A stretch of 64,000 nucleotides of DNA from Planctomycetota bacterium. Lineage in GTDB: Bacteria > Planctomycetota > UBA1135 > UBA2386. Shown here one piece after another: positions 1 through 11,682 of this stretch. The translations under genes and the position numbers were made by a program. The DNA is taken from the NCBI GenBank assembly GCA_965223545.1, contig OZ245006.1, forward strand, positions 3,456,001 through 3,520,000, given 5' to 3'. The notes beneath the pieces are model-generated. The model was not told the origin of the DNA and ran no database searches. It saw nothing but the letters and a program-made list of their open reading frames with translations. Each line of letters begins with the position of its first letter. Position 1 is the first letter of the stretch.

Positions 1-360
1 GGCTACCCGGTGCCGTTCGAGGACGCCTGCCTGCTCGAGATCGAGCGGCTGCGCAGCACCTACGGGAGTGACGTGGCGCAGGTCGGCTTCTCCGGCCACC
101 ACCTGGGCATCGCCATCGACATCGCCGCCTACACGCTGGGCGCCGCCTGGATCGAGCGCCACTTCACCAAGGACCGCACCTGGAAGGGCACCGACCACGC
201 GGCCTCGCTCGAGCCGCCCGGGCTGCAGAAGCTGGCCCGCGATCTGGCGGCGACCCATCGCGCCCTGACTTACAAGCCGACCGAGCTGCTCGAGATCGAG
301 CAGCCGCAACGAGACAAGCTCAAGTTCCGCCAAGCGACTCCAGCGCCCTCCAACCGATGA
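1..360 (+). CDS. N-acetylneuraminate synthase family (NeuB/KDN-9-P synthase-like), 5' partial
   Basis: Frame is open from base 1 (GYPVPFED...). Motifs GFSGH, IERHFT, WKGTDHAASLEP. No C-terminal SAF domain. Confidence 0.9.
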   Translation, partial: GYPVPFEDACLLEIERLRSTYGSDVAQVGFSGHHLGIAIDIAAYTLGAAWIERHFTKDRTWKGTDHAASLEPPGLQKLARDLAATHRALTYKPTELLEIEQPQRDKLKFRQATPAPSNR

Positions 361-1559
361 GCGCGGTCGCCTTCGTGCCGGTGCGGGGCGGCAGCAAGGG
401 CATCCCCGACAAGAACATCCGCCCCTTCTGCGGCCGGCCCCTGGTGGCCTGGATCCTGCACGCGCTGGAAGCGGCGCAGCGCGTGCAGCGCGTCGTCGTG
501 TCGACCGACTGCGAACGCATCGCATCGGTGGTCCGCGCACTCCGTCTCGGCAAGGTCGAGGTGTTCCACCGCAGCGCCGCGACCGCGACCGATACCGCGA
601 GCACCGAGAGCGCGATGCTGGAGTTCCTCGCCGCCGATTCGATCGCCGACGAGACGCCGTTCGTCCTGGTGCAGGCGACCTCGCCGTTCACGCGGGCGGC
701 CGACATCGATACCGCGCTGGCGCGCTTCGACGCCGAGCCGTGCGACTCGATGCTCTCCGTCGCCCGCGTCCGGCGCTTCTTCTGGAGCGACGACGGCATG
801 CCGCTCAACTACGAGCCGCGGCACCGGCCGCGCCGGCAGGACTTTGCCGGCAGCCTGATCGAGAACGGCGCGTTCTACATCAACCGCGCGGGCACCGTGC
901 GTCGCTACCGCAACCGCCTGCACGGCGACGTGCTGCCCCACGAGATGGCCGAGCACAGCGTGCTCGAGCTCGACGAGCCGGACGATTGGCTGATCGGCGA
1001 AGCACTGATGCGGCGCCATGGCGGAGTCACACAGCTGCCGCCACCGAAACTCGCGCTGGTGTTGACGGACGTCGACGGCGTCCTCACCGACGGCGGCATG
1101 TACTACGGCAACTCCGGCGAGGAGAGCAAACGCTTCAACACCCTCGACGGGATGGCATTCGAGCTGGCGCGCAACGCCGGCCTGCGCACCGGCATCGTCA
1201 CCGGCGAGTCGACCGACCTGGTCGCGCGGCGGGCGGCGAAGATCGGCGCGGACTTCGTGTATCAGGGCATTCGCGACAAGCTCCCCGTCGTCGAGCGACT
1301 GTGCGCGGAGCTCGGCATCGGCTTGCAGCAAGTCGCCTACGTGGGCGACGACCTCGGCGACTTGGAGGTGCTGCGCGCGGTGGGTCTGGCGGCGTGCCCT
1401 TCGACCGCGGTGGCCGCGGTGCGAGATGTGGTCCACTACGTCTGCGAACGCGCCGGGGGCCAGGGTTGCCTGCGGGAGGTCGTGGACCGGTTCGTGATGC
1501 CGACGGCGCTCGCCGAAGCGGCAAGCCACAATGACCAACTTCGTGCCGTCGCACGCTGA
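357..1559 (+). CDS. Acylneuraminate cytidylyltransferase (NeuA-like) fused to KdsC-family HAD phosphatase
   Basis: N-terminal PVRGGSKGIPDKN, QATSP, ENGAFY. C-terminal DVDGVLTDG and GDDLGD. ATGA overlap with the upstream gene. Confidence 0.92.
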   Translation: MSAVAFVPVRGGSKGIPDKNIRPFCGRPLVAWILHALEAAQRVQRVVVSTDCERIASVVRALRLGKVEVFHRSAATATDTASTESAMLEFLAADSIADETPFVLVQATSPFTRAADIDTALARFDAEPCDSMLSVARVRRFFWSDDGMPLNYEPRHRPRRQDFAGSLIENGAFYINRAGTVRRYRNRLHGDVLPHEMAEHSVLELDEPDDWLIGEALMRRHGGVTQLPPPKLALVLTDVDGVLTDGGMYYGNSGEESKRFNTLDGMAFELARNAGLRTGIVTGESTDLVARRAAKIGADFVYQGIRDKLPVVERLCAELGIGLQQVAYVGDDLGDLEVLRAVGLAACPSTAVAAVRDVVHYVCERAGGQGCLREVVDRFVMPTALAEAASHNDQLRAVAR

Positions 1560-3078
1560 AGCCACCGCGACCGCGGCAGCCGCGGCGCCAGCCGCCGCGC
1601 ACGCCGCGGCGCTCGACGCGCCGCGCCGCGCGTTCTTGGGCATCGAGGCCGAGCATGCGCTGTTCGACCGCACGGCCGACGGCTGCCGCGCGTGGGACTA
1701 CCTGCGGGTCGAGGTCTACGACGCGCTGATCCGCGGCCTCGGCCTACTGGGCGAGAAGCACGACGCGCCGCACCGCACGTGGCGCGGCTACGCGCGCCAT
1801 TCCGCGGCCGTCGCCCAAAGCCTGGTGCGGCACAACCCGTTCTTCGCCCGGCCCGCCGAGCTGTGCGTGATCGCCCACCCCCGCCGGCGCCTCGAGCCCG
1901 ACGGCACCTACTGGGATCCCTACACCGACCCGCTGTTGGACGGCTTGCAGCGCGACGCGCTGGTGCTGGAGCGCCCCTACCTCAACCAGCACCGCAGTCC
2001 GGCGCATCCGCGCCGCATCGCCCACCTCGACGCCCTGGCCCTCGCCGCGGCCGCCCGCCGCGCGGTGCGCCCGACAGCGCTGGATGCGGCCGACACCGCC
2101 TGGCTGCTTCAGCTCGAACAGGCGCTGGCGCGCGAGTTCGACGTCGCGGTCCCGGTGCGCGCGATGGCCATCGCCAAGCTCGCTCTGCGCCGAGCGCAGC
2201 TCCCGCTGTGGCGACGGCTGCTGCGCCGGATCTCGCCGCGCGCCGTCCTGCTGGTCGTCAGCTACGGCAACGAGATCCCCATCGAAGCCTGCCGCCACCT
2301 CGGCATCCCCACCGTCGAGCTACAACACGGCGTGATCTCCCCGCAAAACCTCGGCTACCACTTCCCGCTGCCCGGCTGCCGAAAAGAGCTGTTCCCCGAC
2401 TGGCTGTTCACCTTCGGCGACTTCTGGCGGACGGCTGCCGCCTTCCCGCTACCGCGCGACCGCGTGGTCTCGGTCGGCTTCCCCTATCTGGAAATGCGCC
2501 GCTCGACGACGCGCACCGCGCAGCCGCGCCGCGGCGTGCTCATCGTCTCGCAGAAGTCCAACGGCGTCGCGCTCTCGCGCCTCGCCGTCGAGCTGCGCCA
2601 GCGCCTCGAACCCGACACGCCGGTGATCTACAAGCTGCACCCCGGCGAACAGCGCGACTGGCGCATCAACTACCCCTGGCTCGCGGCATCGCCGGTGCGG
2701 GTGATCCAAGGCGATCACCCCCACCTCTACGATCTGTTCACCCAGTCCGAGCTGCAGATCGGCACGTACTCCACCGCCCTGTTCGAGGGCTTGAGCTTTG
2801 GCCTCGAGACCTGCGTCGCCGCGCTGCCTGGGGCGGAGGCGCTGGCGCACTTGGTGGATGCGTGCGAGGCCGCGCACTGGGTGCGTGGGGTGGAAGACGT
2901 GGTGCGGGCGCTGCGGGTGCGGCGGGGCCGGTCGGCTCCGATCGATGCGGGGGCGTGGTTTGCTGGGGGCGCGATCGAGAACGCCGAGGCGGCTTTGGGC
3001 CGCGCTCTAGCGACAACGCAGGGCGACGGTCGCTCCGCAGTAAGTGGAAGGTGCCGGGCCCCTGCTTGGCTGCCTTGA
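1531..3078 (+). CDS. Putative GT-B glycosyltransferase / capsule protein (sialyltransferase-like)
   Basis: TVELQHG, YKLHPGE and STALFEG motifs. Overlaps the CMP-nonulosonate synthetase gene. Confidence 0.65.
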   Translation: MTNFVPSHAEATATAAAAAPAAAHAAALDAPRRAFLGIEAEHALFDRTADGCRAWDYLRVEVYDALIRGLGLLGEKHDAPHRTWRGYARHSAAVAQSLVRHNPFFARPAELCVIAHPRRRLEPDGTYWDPYTDPLLDGLQRDALVLERPYLNQHRSPAHPRRIAHLDALALAAAARRAVRPTALDAADTAWLLQLEQALAREFDVAVPVRAMAIAKLALRRAQLPLWRRLLRRISPRAVLLVVSYGNEIPIEACRHLGIPTVELQHGVISPQNLGYHFPLPGCRKELFPDWLFTFGDFWRTAAAFPLPRDRVVSVGFPYLEMRRSTTRTAQPRRGVLIVSQKSNGVALSRLAVELRQRLEPDTPVIYKLHPGEQRDWRINYPWLAASPVRVIQGDHPHLYDLFTQSELQIGTYSTALFEGLSFGLETCVAALPGAEALAHLVDACEAAHWVRGVEDVVRALRVRRGRSAPIDAGAWFAGGAIENAEAALGRALATTQGDGRSAVSGRCRAPAWLP

Positions 3079-3254
3079 CTGACAACGGCCAAGGATGACA
3101 ACACCTACTTCCACAATCAGAACCAAACCCTCTGCGAAACCGTGAAGCGCGAGCGCGGTTGCCACTTATCGGGGTGGGGTTCGCGTGCTATCGCGACGCA
3201 ACTGCATAGGTGAGGGTTCGGGTCTGGCCCGAGGCGAGCGGCCTTGACCACAGC

Positions 3255-3761
3255 TCACCCGTCTCCGTGGTACTGAGACACAGCGACGCAAAACAACCGA
3301 ACACATTCGAGGAACGGCTCTCTCATTGTGACCACCGTTCCGCTTAGGGCAACGCCGGGAAGACTCTCGTCTTCGATTCCATCCCCCACCCGCCGTATAG
3401 CGTTAGCGGGTTCGAACTTGTCCTTCGACAAATCCCCGGAGTTGTGGGTCCACGCGTTCCGCAGATGTCGCATCGCTTCGCACCACTCGCTGCTCAGCCT
3501 CTTGGTCGACCATATCTTGGAGTTGGCAACGAAGTCCTCAAAGCACTTCACCGCCTTGCCCGTCTTCCGCCAGGATCGTTTGCCGTACTTGCCTTCTAAA
3601 TAGGACATCGCTCCCGCGAGAAAAACACCACAGGCATGATGTTCGATGATGTGCTTCTCCTGAGCGTGCGTCTCGGGTCGCCCATTGTCGTCGTGAATGG
3701 CCATCGCAAGCGCGTGCGGGATGCGCCTCGCCATCACAAGGAACTCCGATCGTTCCGACAT
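3255..3761 (-). CDS. Hypothetical protein, possible HEPN RNase
   Basis: 168 aa from ATG 3761. RNAWTH fits Rx4H. Composition is visibly lower in GC than the flanks. Confidence 0.55.
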   Translation of the reverse strand: MSERSEFLVMARRIPHALAMAIHDDNGRPETHAQEKHIIEHHACGVFLAGAMSYLEGKYGKRSWRKTGKAVKCFEDFVANSKIWSTKRLSSEWCEAMRHLRNAWTHNSGDLSKDKFEPANAIRRVGDGIEDESLPGVALSGTVVTMREPFLECVRLFCVAVSQYHGDG

Positions 3762-4292
3762 ATCGCAGTCACTCTTTTCGCACTCTCGCGTCGAGCCGAG
3801 AGCTAGTCCGAGGCTACAAAGAGCATTCGACTTGCGCACCTTCTGTCAACGAGGCATCCTGGACCGCCCTGGGTTTTTCGAAGACCGGGTTGGCATCTAA
3901 GCCGGATTCCCAGTCTGGCGGATTCTATCGTGGTGGTTTCCCTGCACGACTCAAGACGCCCGCGAATCCAGCAAGTCGCAGCTTCCACTGATGGCTCGTG
4001 CTCGGGACTTCGCGTTCACTCGGTGACGCCGACGGATGCGACCAGGAGTTCCCGCGCTTCGATCAATCGTCGTCGTTCGTGTCGTCATCAGCGGCGTGTC
4101 GGGCGCCGACAATCATCGCCCACGTGACGATGCGTGCCGCCATCCGACAATCGACACCCATCACCGTTGGACGACGACGCGGCGGTCGTCGTGCTCAAAC
4201 TCACCAACGACTGAGAGTCGACGAGAGTATTCGTTCCGCCGCGCGCGCAGATCTTGTGGATGTTGGCTTGCCGCTACGCCGATGCGGGCCGG

Positions 4293-5768
4293 TCACAACT
4301 TGGTCCACACCCCGCCGGCCTCGACATAACTGCCATCGTAGACTGCACCCGCCATGCCCGGGTTGATCGCCGCGGCCACGCTGGTGTATCCGCGGAAGTA
4401 GTTGTTCGTCAGCAGCAGCAAGTCGCTGTCGGTGCCGCTGAACCCCACGCCGCGTTCGCCGCTGGATTGGCCACCGATGAAGGTGTTGCCGCGCACCACC
4501 GGGTTGGGCGTCCCCGGCGAGTGCGTGATCAGCGCCGACCACGACGTGCCGCTGGTGCCGTTGTGCTCGGCGAAGTGGTTTCCCTCGATCACGAGCTCGC
4601 GGGCGGTCGCCTGGATCAACAAGCCGTAGCCCGGGCCGGCGGCGCGATTGTCGCGGAACCGGTTGCCGTGGATGCGGAGCTGGTGGACGTTCTCCGCCGC
4701 CAGGCCGATGTTGTTGCCGGAGATGGTGTTGTCGGCGACGTCGACCGCGCCGGTCGTGGGTTGGGCGTTGCGCCCCAAGAAGATGCCTTCGGCGCACCCG
4801 TGCACGGCGTTGCCGCGGATCGAGACCTCAGCGGCGGCGCCGTAGACGTCGATACCGGGTCCCGTGCAGCGCTGGATGGTGTTGCCCTCGACGAGAGCAC
4901 CGCGCACGGCGTGCAGCACCTGCACGCCGTTGCGGACGTCGCTGATGCTGTTGCCGCTGACGACGAGATTCTCGAGCCGGGTACCGGCAGTCGTGCCGTT
5001 GATACCGATGGCCACGGACGGGCTGTTGCGCAGGGTGTTGCCGCGGATCACGATGTTCGACTCGACGGTTCCGCCGCCGTGCCTTCCACCGGCAGTGACG
5101 GCGACGAACGGACTGTAGGTCCCCGGTCCCCGCGTGAAGTCGGTGGCGTGGTTGCCCTCGACCATGACGTCCGAGGCACCACCGAGGAGAATGCAGGTTC
5201 CGGTGGTCGAGAACGAGCAGTCTCGGATGCGCAGACCATCGGCATCGCTGACGAGTAGGCCGATGTAGACGTTGGTCAGCAAGCAACCGCGCATCGCGAA
5301 GCGCGCCGCCTGGTCGACGTGCACTGCCGGCGCAAAGCCCGCCAGCCGATCACGCCGGTCGATGGTGAGCCCCTCGATGCGGACGTCGTGTGCGCGCCGC
5401 GTCGACGAACCGACTGCGAGCAGCGGCGTGTTGGTCGAGTTGTCGAGCGAGAGCACCGTGGCGGCCCCCTGTCCGCGCAGCGTCACGCGATCGCGCGCCA
5501 CGGCGAGCGTCGCTCCGAACGTGAACGTCCCCTCGGTGAGCTGGATGCGCCCGCCGGCAGCCGGCAACAGGGCGATCGCCTGGCCCAGCACGGCATCGTC
5601 GTTGGCACCGGCGGCGATCAGATCGGCCCCCAACTTGGACTCGGTGCGGGCGTCGGACGCCGCCACGATCACCGTCGCGGAGCGGCGGTCCGGGCGATAG
5701 TCGCTCTGCGCCGCCGGGGTGAAAACGAACGTACTTGTGGTCAGCAGAAAGAGAGCGGTGTTCTTCAT
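4293..5768 (-). CDS. Secreted right-handed beta-helix (pectin lyase-like/NosD-like) protein
   Basis: GGAG RBS before MKNTALFLL signal peptide. Repeated I/VxGNxI/F turns. [11 protein letters not shown] cap motif. Confidence 0.8.
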   Translation of the reverse strand: MKNTALFLLTTSTFVFTPAAQSDYRPDRRSATVIVAASDARTESKLGADLIAAGANDDAVLGQAIALLPAAGGRIQLTEGTFTFGATLAVARDRVTLRGQGAATVLSLDNSTNTPLLAVGSSTRRAHDVRIEGLTIDRRDRLAGFAPAVHVDQAARFAMRGCLLTNVYIGLLVSDADGLRIRDCSFSTTGTCILLGGASDVMVEGNHATDFTRGPGTYSPFVAVTAGGRHGGGTVESNIVIRGNTLRNSPSVAIGINGTTAGTRLENLVVSGNSISDVRNGVQVLHAVRGALVEGNTIQRCTGPGIDVYGAAAEVSIRGNAVHGCAEGIFLGRNAQPTTGAVDVADNTISGNNIGLAAENVHQLRIHGNRFRDNRAAGPGYGLLIQATARELVIEGNHFAEHNGTSGTSWSALITHSPGTPNPVVRGNTFIGGQSSGERGVGFSGTDSDLLLLTNNYFRGYTSVAAAINPGMAGAVYDGSYVEAGGVWTKL

Positions 5769-5861
5769 CGTGTGATCTCCGTTGCGGACCTGATGGGGCG
5801 AGGCCCGCGCGGCGTGACGCCCGTTCTGCGAACGCCGCGGAGATGCAGTCCGTCGGCCCCC

Positions 5862-5905
5862 CAATATTTGGATTGCACTGAAACCAGACTTGGTCCAAAA
5901 TCTTG
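5862..5905. promoter_or_regulatory. AT-rich putative Fur-family (FurA-like) operator/promoter
   Basis: aatatttggattgcactgaaaccagacttggtccaaaat, with TTGGA...TCCAA dyad, directly before fur-katG. Confidence 0.45.
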
Positions 5906-5909
5906 GCTC

Positions 5910-6341
5910 GTGCCGCAGGACTCCGCCGACCTCCTCCGCCGCCATGGGCTGCAAGTCACGGCCCAACGCCTCGCCGTGCTGCGGGCGGTTTCGGCCCGAC
6001 CCCATTGCACCGCCGATGAGGTCCGGGAAGAGGTCCGCGCCGAGATCGGCGCGATCTCGCGGCAAGCCGTCTATGACGCGTTGCGCGTGCTGACCGAGAA
6101 GGGGCTCATCCGCCGCGTACAGCCGGCCGGCTCCCTCGCACTCTACGACCCCCGCACTGGTGACAACCACCATCACCTGATCTGCCGGGCATGCGGCAAG
6201 GCAGTCGACGTCGACTGCTCCGTCGGCCGCTCCCCGTGCCTTACCGCTGCCGACACCGCGGGCTTCGAGGTCGACGAGGCCGAGGTCATCTACTGGGGCA
6301 CTTGCCCGGAATGCCGCGGCGCGCGCGCGCAGCGCAGCTGA
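5910..6341 (+). CDS. fur: Fur family transcriptional regulator (FurA/PerR-like)
   Basis: [41 protein letters not shown]. Precedes katG. GTG start estimated. Confidence 0.9.
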   Translation: MPQDSADLLRRHGLQVTAQRLAVLRAVSARPHCTADEVREEVRAEIGAISRQAVYDALRVLTEKGLIRRVQPAGSLALYDPRTGDNHHHLICRACGKAVDVDCSVGRSPCLTAADTAGFEVDEAEVIYWGTCPECRGARAQRS

Positions 6342-6356
6342 ACCAACCCGTCGTAA

Positions 6357-8735
<2,379 letters not shown>

Positions 8736-8754
8736 GCCTGTTTGAAGACCGCGG

Positions 8755-10062
8755 TCAGCGCTCGATGACGACCTCCGCCACCGGCAGGAACGTCCGGTCG
8801 AAGCGCTCGACGAAGTCCTCGAGCAGGACCCGCGCATCGGGGGTAGGGCGGACCCGGTGGCGGCGACTGCCCACGCGCACGGTGGTGTGGCCGTCGCCCT
8901 CGAGATCCTCCTCGCGCAAGAGCAGGCGGAAGCGCTGGACGCGCTCGACCTCGACGCGCACCACGCCCGGCGCGGTCCACTCGGCTTGGATCCGCGCCGT
9001 CCGTTCATCGACCTGCTTCTGCACCAGCCGGCGGCGGGTCTGATCGTCCGCCGCCTGCCAGCGCCGCGCGTCGATGCGGGGTCTCACCGACTCCCGCACG
9101 GAGCGGTCCAGTGCCAGCACCTCCACCCAAGAGGACCGCGCTTCGCGCAAGACCGCGCAGCGCAGGACCACAGAATCGGGACGCGGGTCGCGGGTCGCGG
9201 CGCCGAGGAACTCGACCCAATCGACCGCGCCCAGATCGAACGCGTGACCCAAGTGCTCGAAGCGCACCCACTGCGCGTCGCGCGCACCCAGCTGCGCCAG
9301 CCGGTCGAACGCGAACGCCAAGTTGGAGAGCAGGCGCGGGTCGTCACCGTCGCCCTGCAGATCGCGCAGCGGTAGGTGGACGATGTTCTCCAGATAGCGC
9401 AGGTTGTTCTGGCCATCGGCGGGGTTCCACCGCGGTCCGCCGATCAACGGCGCCGCCGCCGCCCACCGGTCGGGAAAGCGGGTGGCCAGATCCCAGACGA
9501 GGTGGCCTCCCCGACTGACCCCGGTGAGGAACACGCGGTTCTCGTCGACGTTCCAACGCCGTCGCAGCCACCGCACCGCCGCCAGCGCGGCGTGGCGCTC
9601 GCGGCGACTGAAGTCGTAGCCCTCGTTGCTGCCGGCCTCCGAGGGCGCCAACACCAGCATGCCGAGCTGGTCGGCGACTGCGCGCCAGGGCGCGATCTGA
9701 CGTCGGCCGGATCCACCCGTGCCGTGCGCAGCCAACAGCAAGGGCGCCGGGGTGTCGGGCCGATAGCTCGGCGGCTGGTAGACGAACAGCTCGGTCGACT
9801 CGAGCGCGCCGTCCACCGGCAACTGCGCCTCGTGCCGGTGCTGACCCGGCCCGAACGCCTCGAAATCGCCGAAACCGCGCATCAACTCGATCCACAGCGC
9901 GAGCGTCACGTCCTCCCGCGCCGCGAGCTGGGTCGCCGCGGCGCGGCGCCGCTCCGGATCGGGCTGATCGACCGCCGCGGCGAGCGCGCGCGCGGGGTGT
10001 TGGCCCGCGACCATCCCACTGAGCAGGAGCGCGGCGGCGGCGCTGTCGAGCTTCACCGACAC
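8755..10062 (-). CDS. Secreted alpha/beta hydrolase (esterase/peptidase, PHB depolymerase-like)
   Basis: PLLLAAHGTGG, nucleophile elbow GVSRGG, QGDGDD, LGHA. Start uncertain. Confidence 0.75.
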   Translation of the reverse strand: MSVKLDSAAAALLLSGMVAGQHPARALAAAVDQPDPERRRAAATQLAAREDVTLALWIELMRGFGDFEAFGPGQHRHEAQLPVDGALESTELFVYQPPSYRPDTPAPLLLAAHGTGGSGRRQIAPWRAVADQLGMLVLAPSEAGSNEGYDFSRRERHAALAAVRWLRRRWNVDENRVFLTGVSRGGHLVWDLATRFPDRWAAAAPLIGGPRWNPADGQNNLRYLENIVHLPLRDLQGDGDDPRLLSNLAFAFDRLAQLGARDAQWVRFEHLGHAFDLGAVDWVEFLGAATRDPRPDSVVLRCAVLREARSSWVEVLALDRSVRESVRPRIDARRWQAADDQTRRRLVQKQVDERTARIQAEWTAPGVVRVEVERVQRFRLLLREEDLEGDGHTTVRVGSRRHRVRPTPDARVLLEDFVERFDRTFLPVAEVVIER

Positions 10063-10193
10063 CACCGCATGGTATCGCAGTGCGGCGGCGGCGGCGCGAG
10101 CACGCCAAACGCGCACGATCGCGTACGCACGCCAAGAACAGTGGCGCGAAGGTCGCGCGCATCAGCCCCCGCTTCTCCCGCAAAGGACGACCG

Positions 10194-10775
10194 ATGCGAT
10201 CCGTGCGCGTTCCACTCCTCGCCACCCTCTGCCTTCTGCCGACGATCCACCACCTCTTCGCGACCCCGGCGCCGGCGCCACCCGTGTCCTCGAAGGACCC
10301 GGTGTTCGAGCACCTTCTCGGCACCTGGGACCTGAGCTACACCGTTCGCACCTCGGCGGACGCGACCCCGTCGGTCGATCGCGGTGTCGAGCGACACCGC
10401 CTCGCCGCCGGCGGCTTGTTCAAAGTCGTCGAGTTCGAGGGCGAGATGTTCGGAGAAGCCTATGACTCCATCGGGATCATGAGCCGGGATCCGAACAGCG
10501 ACGAGTACACGACTTGGTACTTCGACAACAGCAACTCGCAGGCGCAGGTCTCGAAGGGCACTTGGGACGCAAGCACGCGACAGATGATCAAGTGGTCCGA
10601 TGGCGCCGACTTCGATGGGACGCCGGGCCGATGGAAGCAAGTCCTCGATCTGTCGAAGCCCGAACGCTATCGACTCACGATGCTGGCGGTCCGGGCGGAC
10701 GGCGACGAGCGCGAGGCGATCGTGTGCGACGCGGTCCGCAAGCCGAAGTCCCGCGCCGGCGAGAAGGATCGCTGA
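10194..10775 (+). CDS. Secreted DUF1579-like protein
   Basis: AGGA RBS, signal peptide, LLGTW, GGLF, YTTWYFDN pattern. Confidence 0.65.
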   Translation: MRSVRVPLLATLCLLPTIHHLFATPAPAPPVSSKDPVFEHLLGTWDLSYTVRTSADATPSVDRGVERHRLAAGGLFKVVEFEGEMFGEAYDSIGIMSRDPNSDEYTTWYFDNSNSQAQVSKGTWDASTRQMIKWSDGADFDGTPGRWKQVLDLSKPERYRLTMLAVRADGDEREAIVCDAVRKPKSRAGEKDR

Positions 10776-11604
10776 CCACGGTCGCCGCCCGCGGTCGGCC
10801 GCGGAACTCCGATGGCGAAACGCCGAACAGTCGCTTGAACGACGCACTGAAGTGCGCGCGGCTGGCAAACCCCAGATCCACCGCGATCTCCACGGTCGGC
10901 TTGCCGGCGGTCAATAGCTCGAGTGAGCGGTGCAGCCGCAATCGCTGCACGTACGCGTGCAGCGTGAGCCCGGTCTCGGCACGGAACAAGCGCGCCAGAT
11001 GAAACGGCGACACCGCGCAGACAGCCGCCACTTCGGCGAGCGACGGGGCGGTCCTCCAGGTCTCGGCCAGGAACACGGCCGCACGCTGCGCGGCCGTCTG
11101 GTGCGCGGCGCGGGTCGCGGGCCGCGCCACACCACGCGACCGTGGGCGACCGCCGGCCAGGGTCTCCGCAACCAACCGCAGCGCCAACGCCCGTACCCGC
11201 GACGGCGCGGCTTCGCCCAGGGCCGCGAGCAGCCGCTGGTGCAGGAGTTCGACCTGGGGCGTGCGCGGCACCACCGACGGCAGGCGGTCGCTGGCCGGCA
11301 CTTGGCCGGTCAACACCGAATGGCTCAGCGCCACATAGGTGCACCGGCCTTCTGGTTGGTGGTGGCGATAGCGGTACGCCTCGTCGGCGACGTAGCACAC
11401 GGCAACCGCGCAGCTGCCGACGACCGTGCCGCGCGGACTCGCTTTGGTCCACGCTCCGGCCCGCGGAAACACGAGCTGGAAGCTGGGGGCGCTCCGCGTC
11501 GAGGTCCATCCAGAGTCCGGCCAGGTCCACGGATGGTCGTCGATCCGCACACCGCCTTCGGCGAAGCGCGTGGTGCCATAGACGGGAAGGTCGCAATCGG
11601 CCAC
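10675..11604 (-). CDS. AraC family transcriptional regulator
   Basis: SPFHLARLFRAETG and IAVDLGFASRAHFSASFKRLFGVSPSEFR double HTH. Confidence 0.9.
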   Translation of the reverse strand: MADCDLPVYGTTRFAEGGVRIDDHPWTWPDSGWTSTRSAPSFQLVFPRAGAWTKASPRGTVVGSCAVAVCYVADEAYRYRHHQPEGRCTYVALSHSVLTGQVPASDRLPSVVPRTPQVELLHQRLLAALGEAAPSRVRALALRLVAETLAGGRPRSRGVARPATRAAHQTAAQRAAVFLAETWRTAPSLAEVAAVCAVSPFHLARLFRAETGLTLHAYVQRLRLHRSLELLTAGKPTVEIAVDLGFASRAHFSASFKRLFGVSPSEFRGRPRAATVVSDPSRRRGTSACGPRRTRSPRARRRPPGPPAS

Positions 11605-11682
11605 CCCTCGAACTTTGACAAACCAGCCCCGACGTCAAGCGGCGACAAGCCGGCGCAGGCGAATCGCCCGCACCCGCGGCGG

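Noticed and set aside
3840..4292. Possible gene remnants (e.g. PLDDDAAVVVLKLTND*)
   Set aside because: Short, interrupted and unrecognisable; cannot support a pseudogene call.
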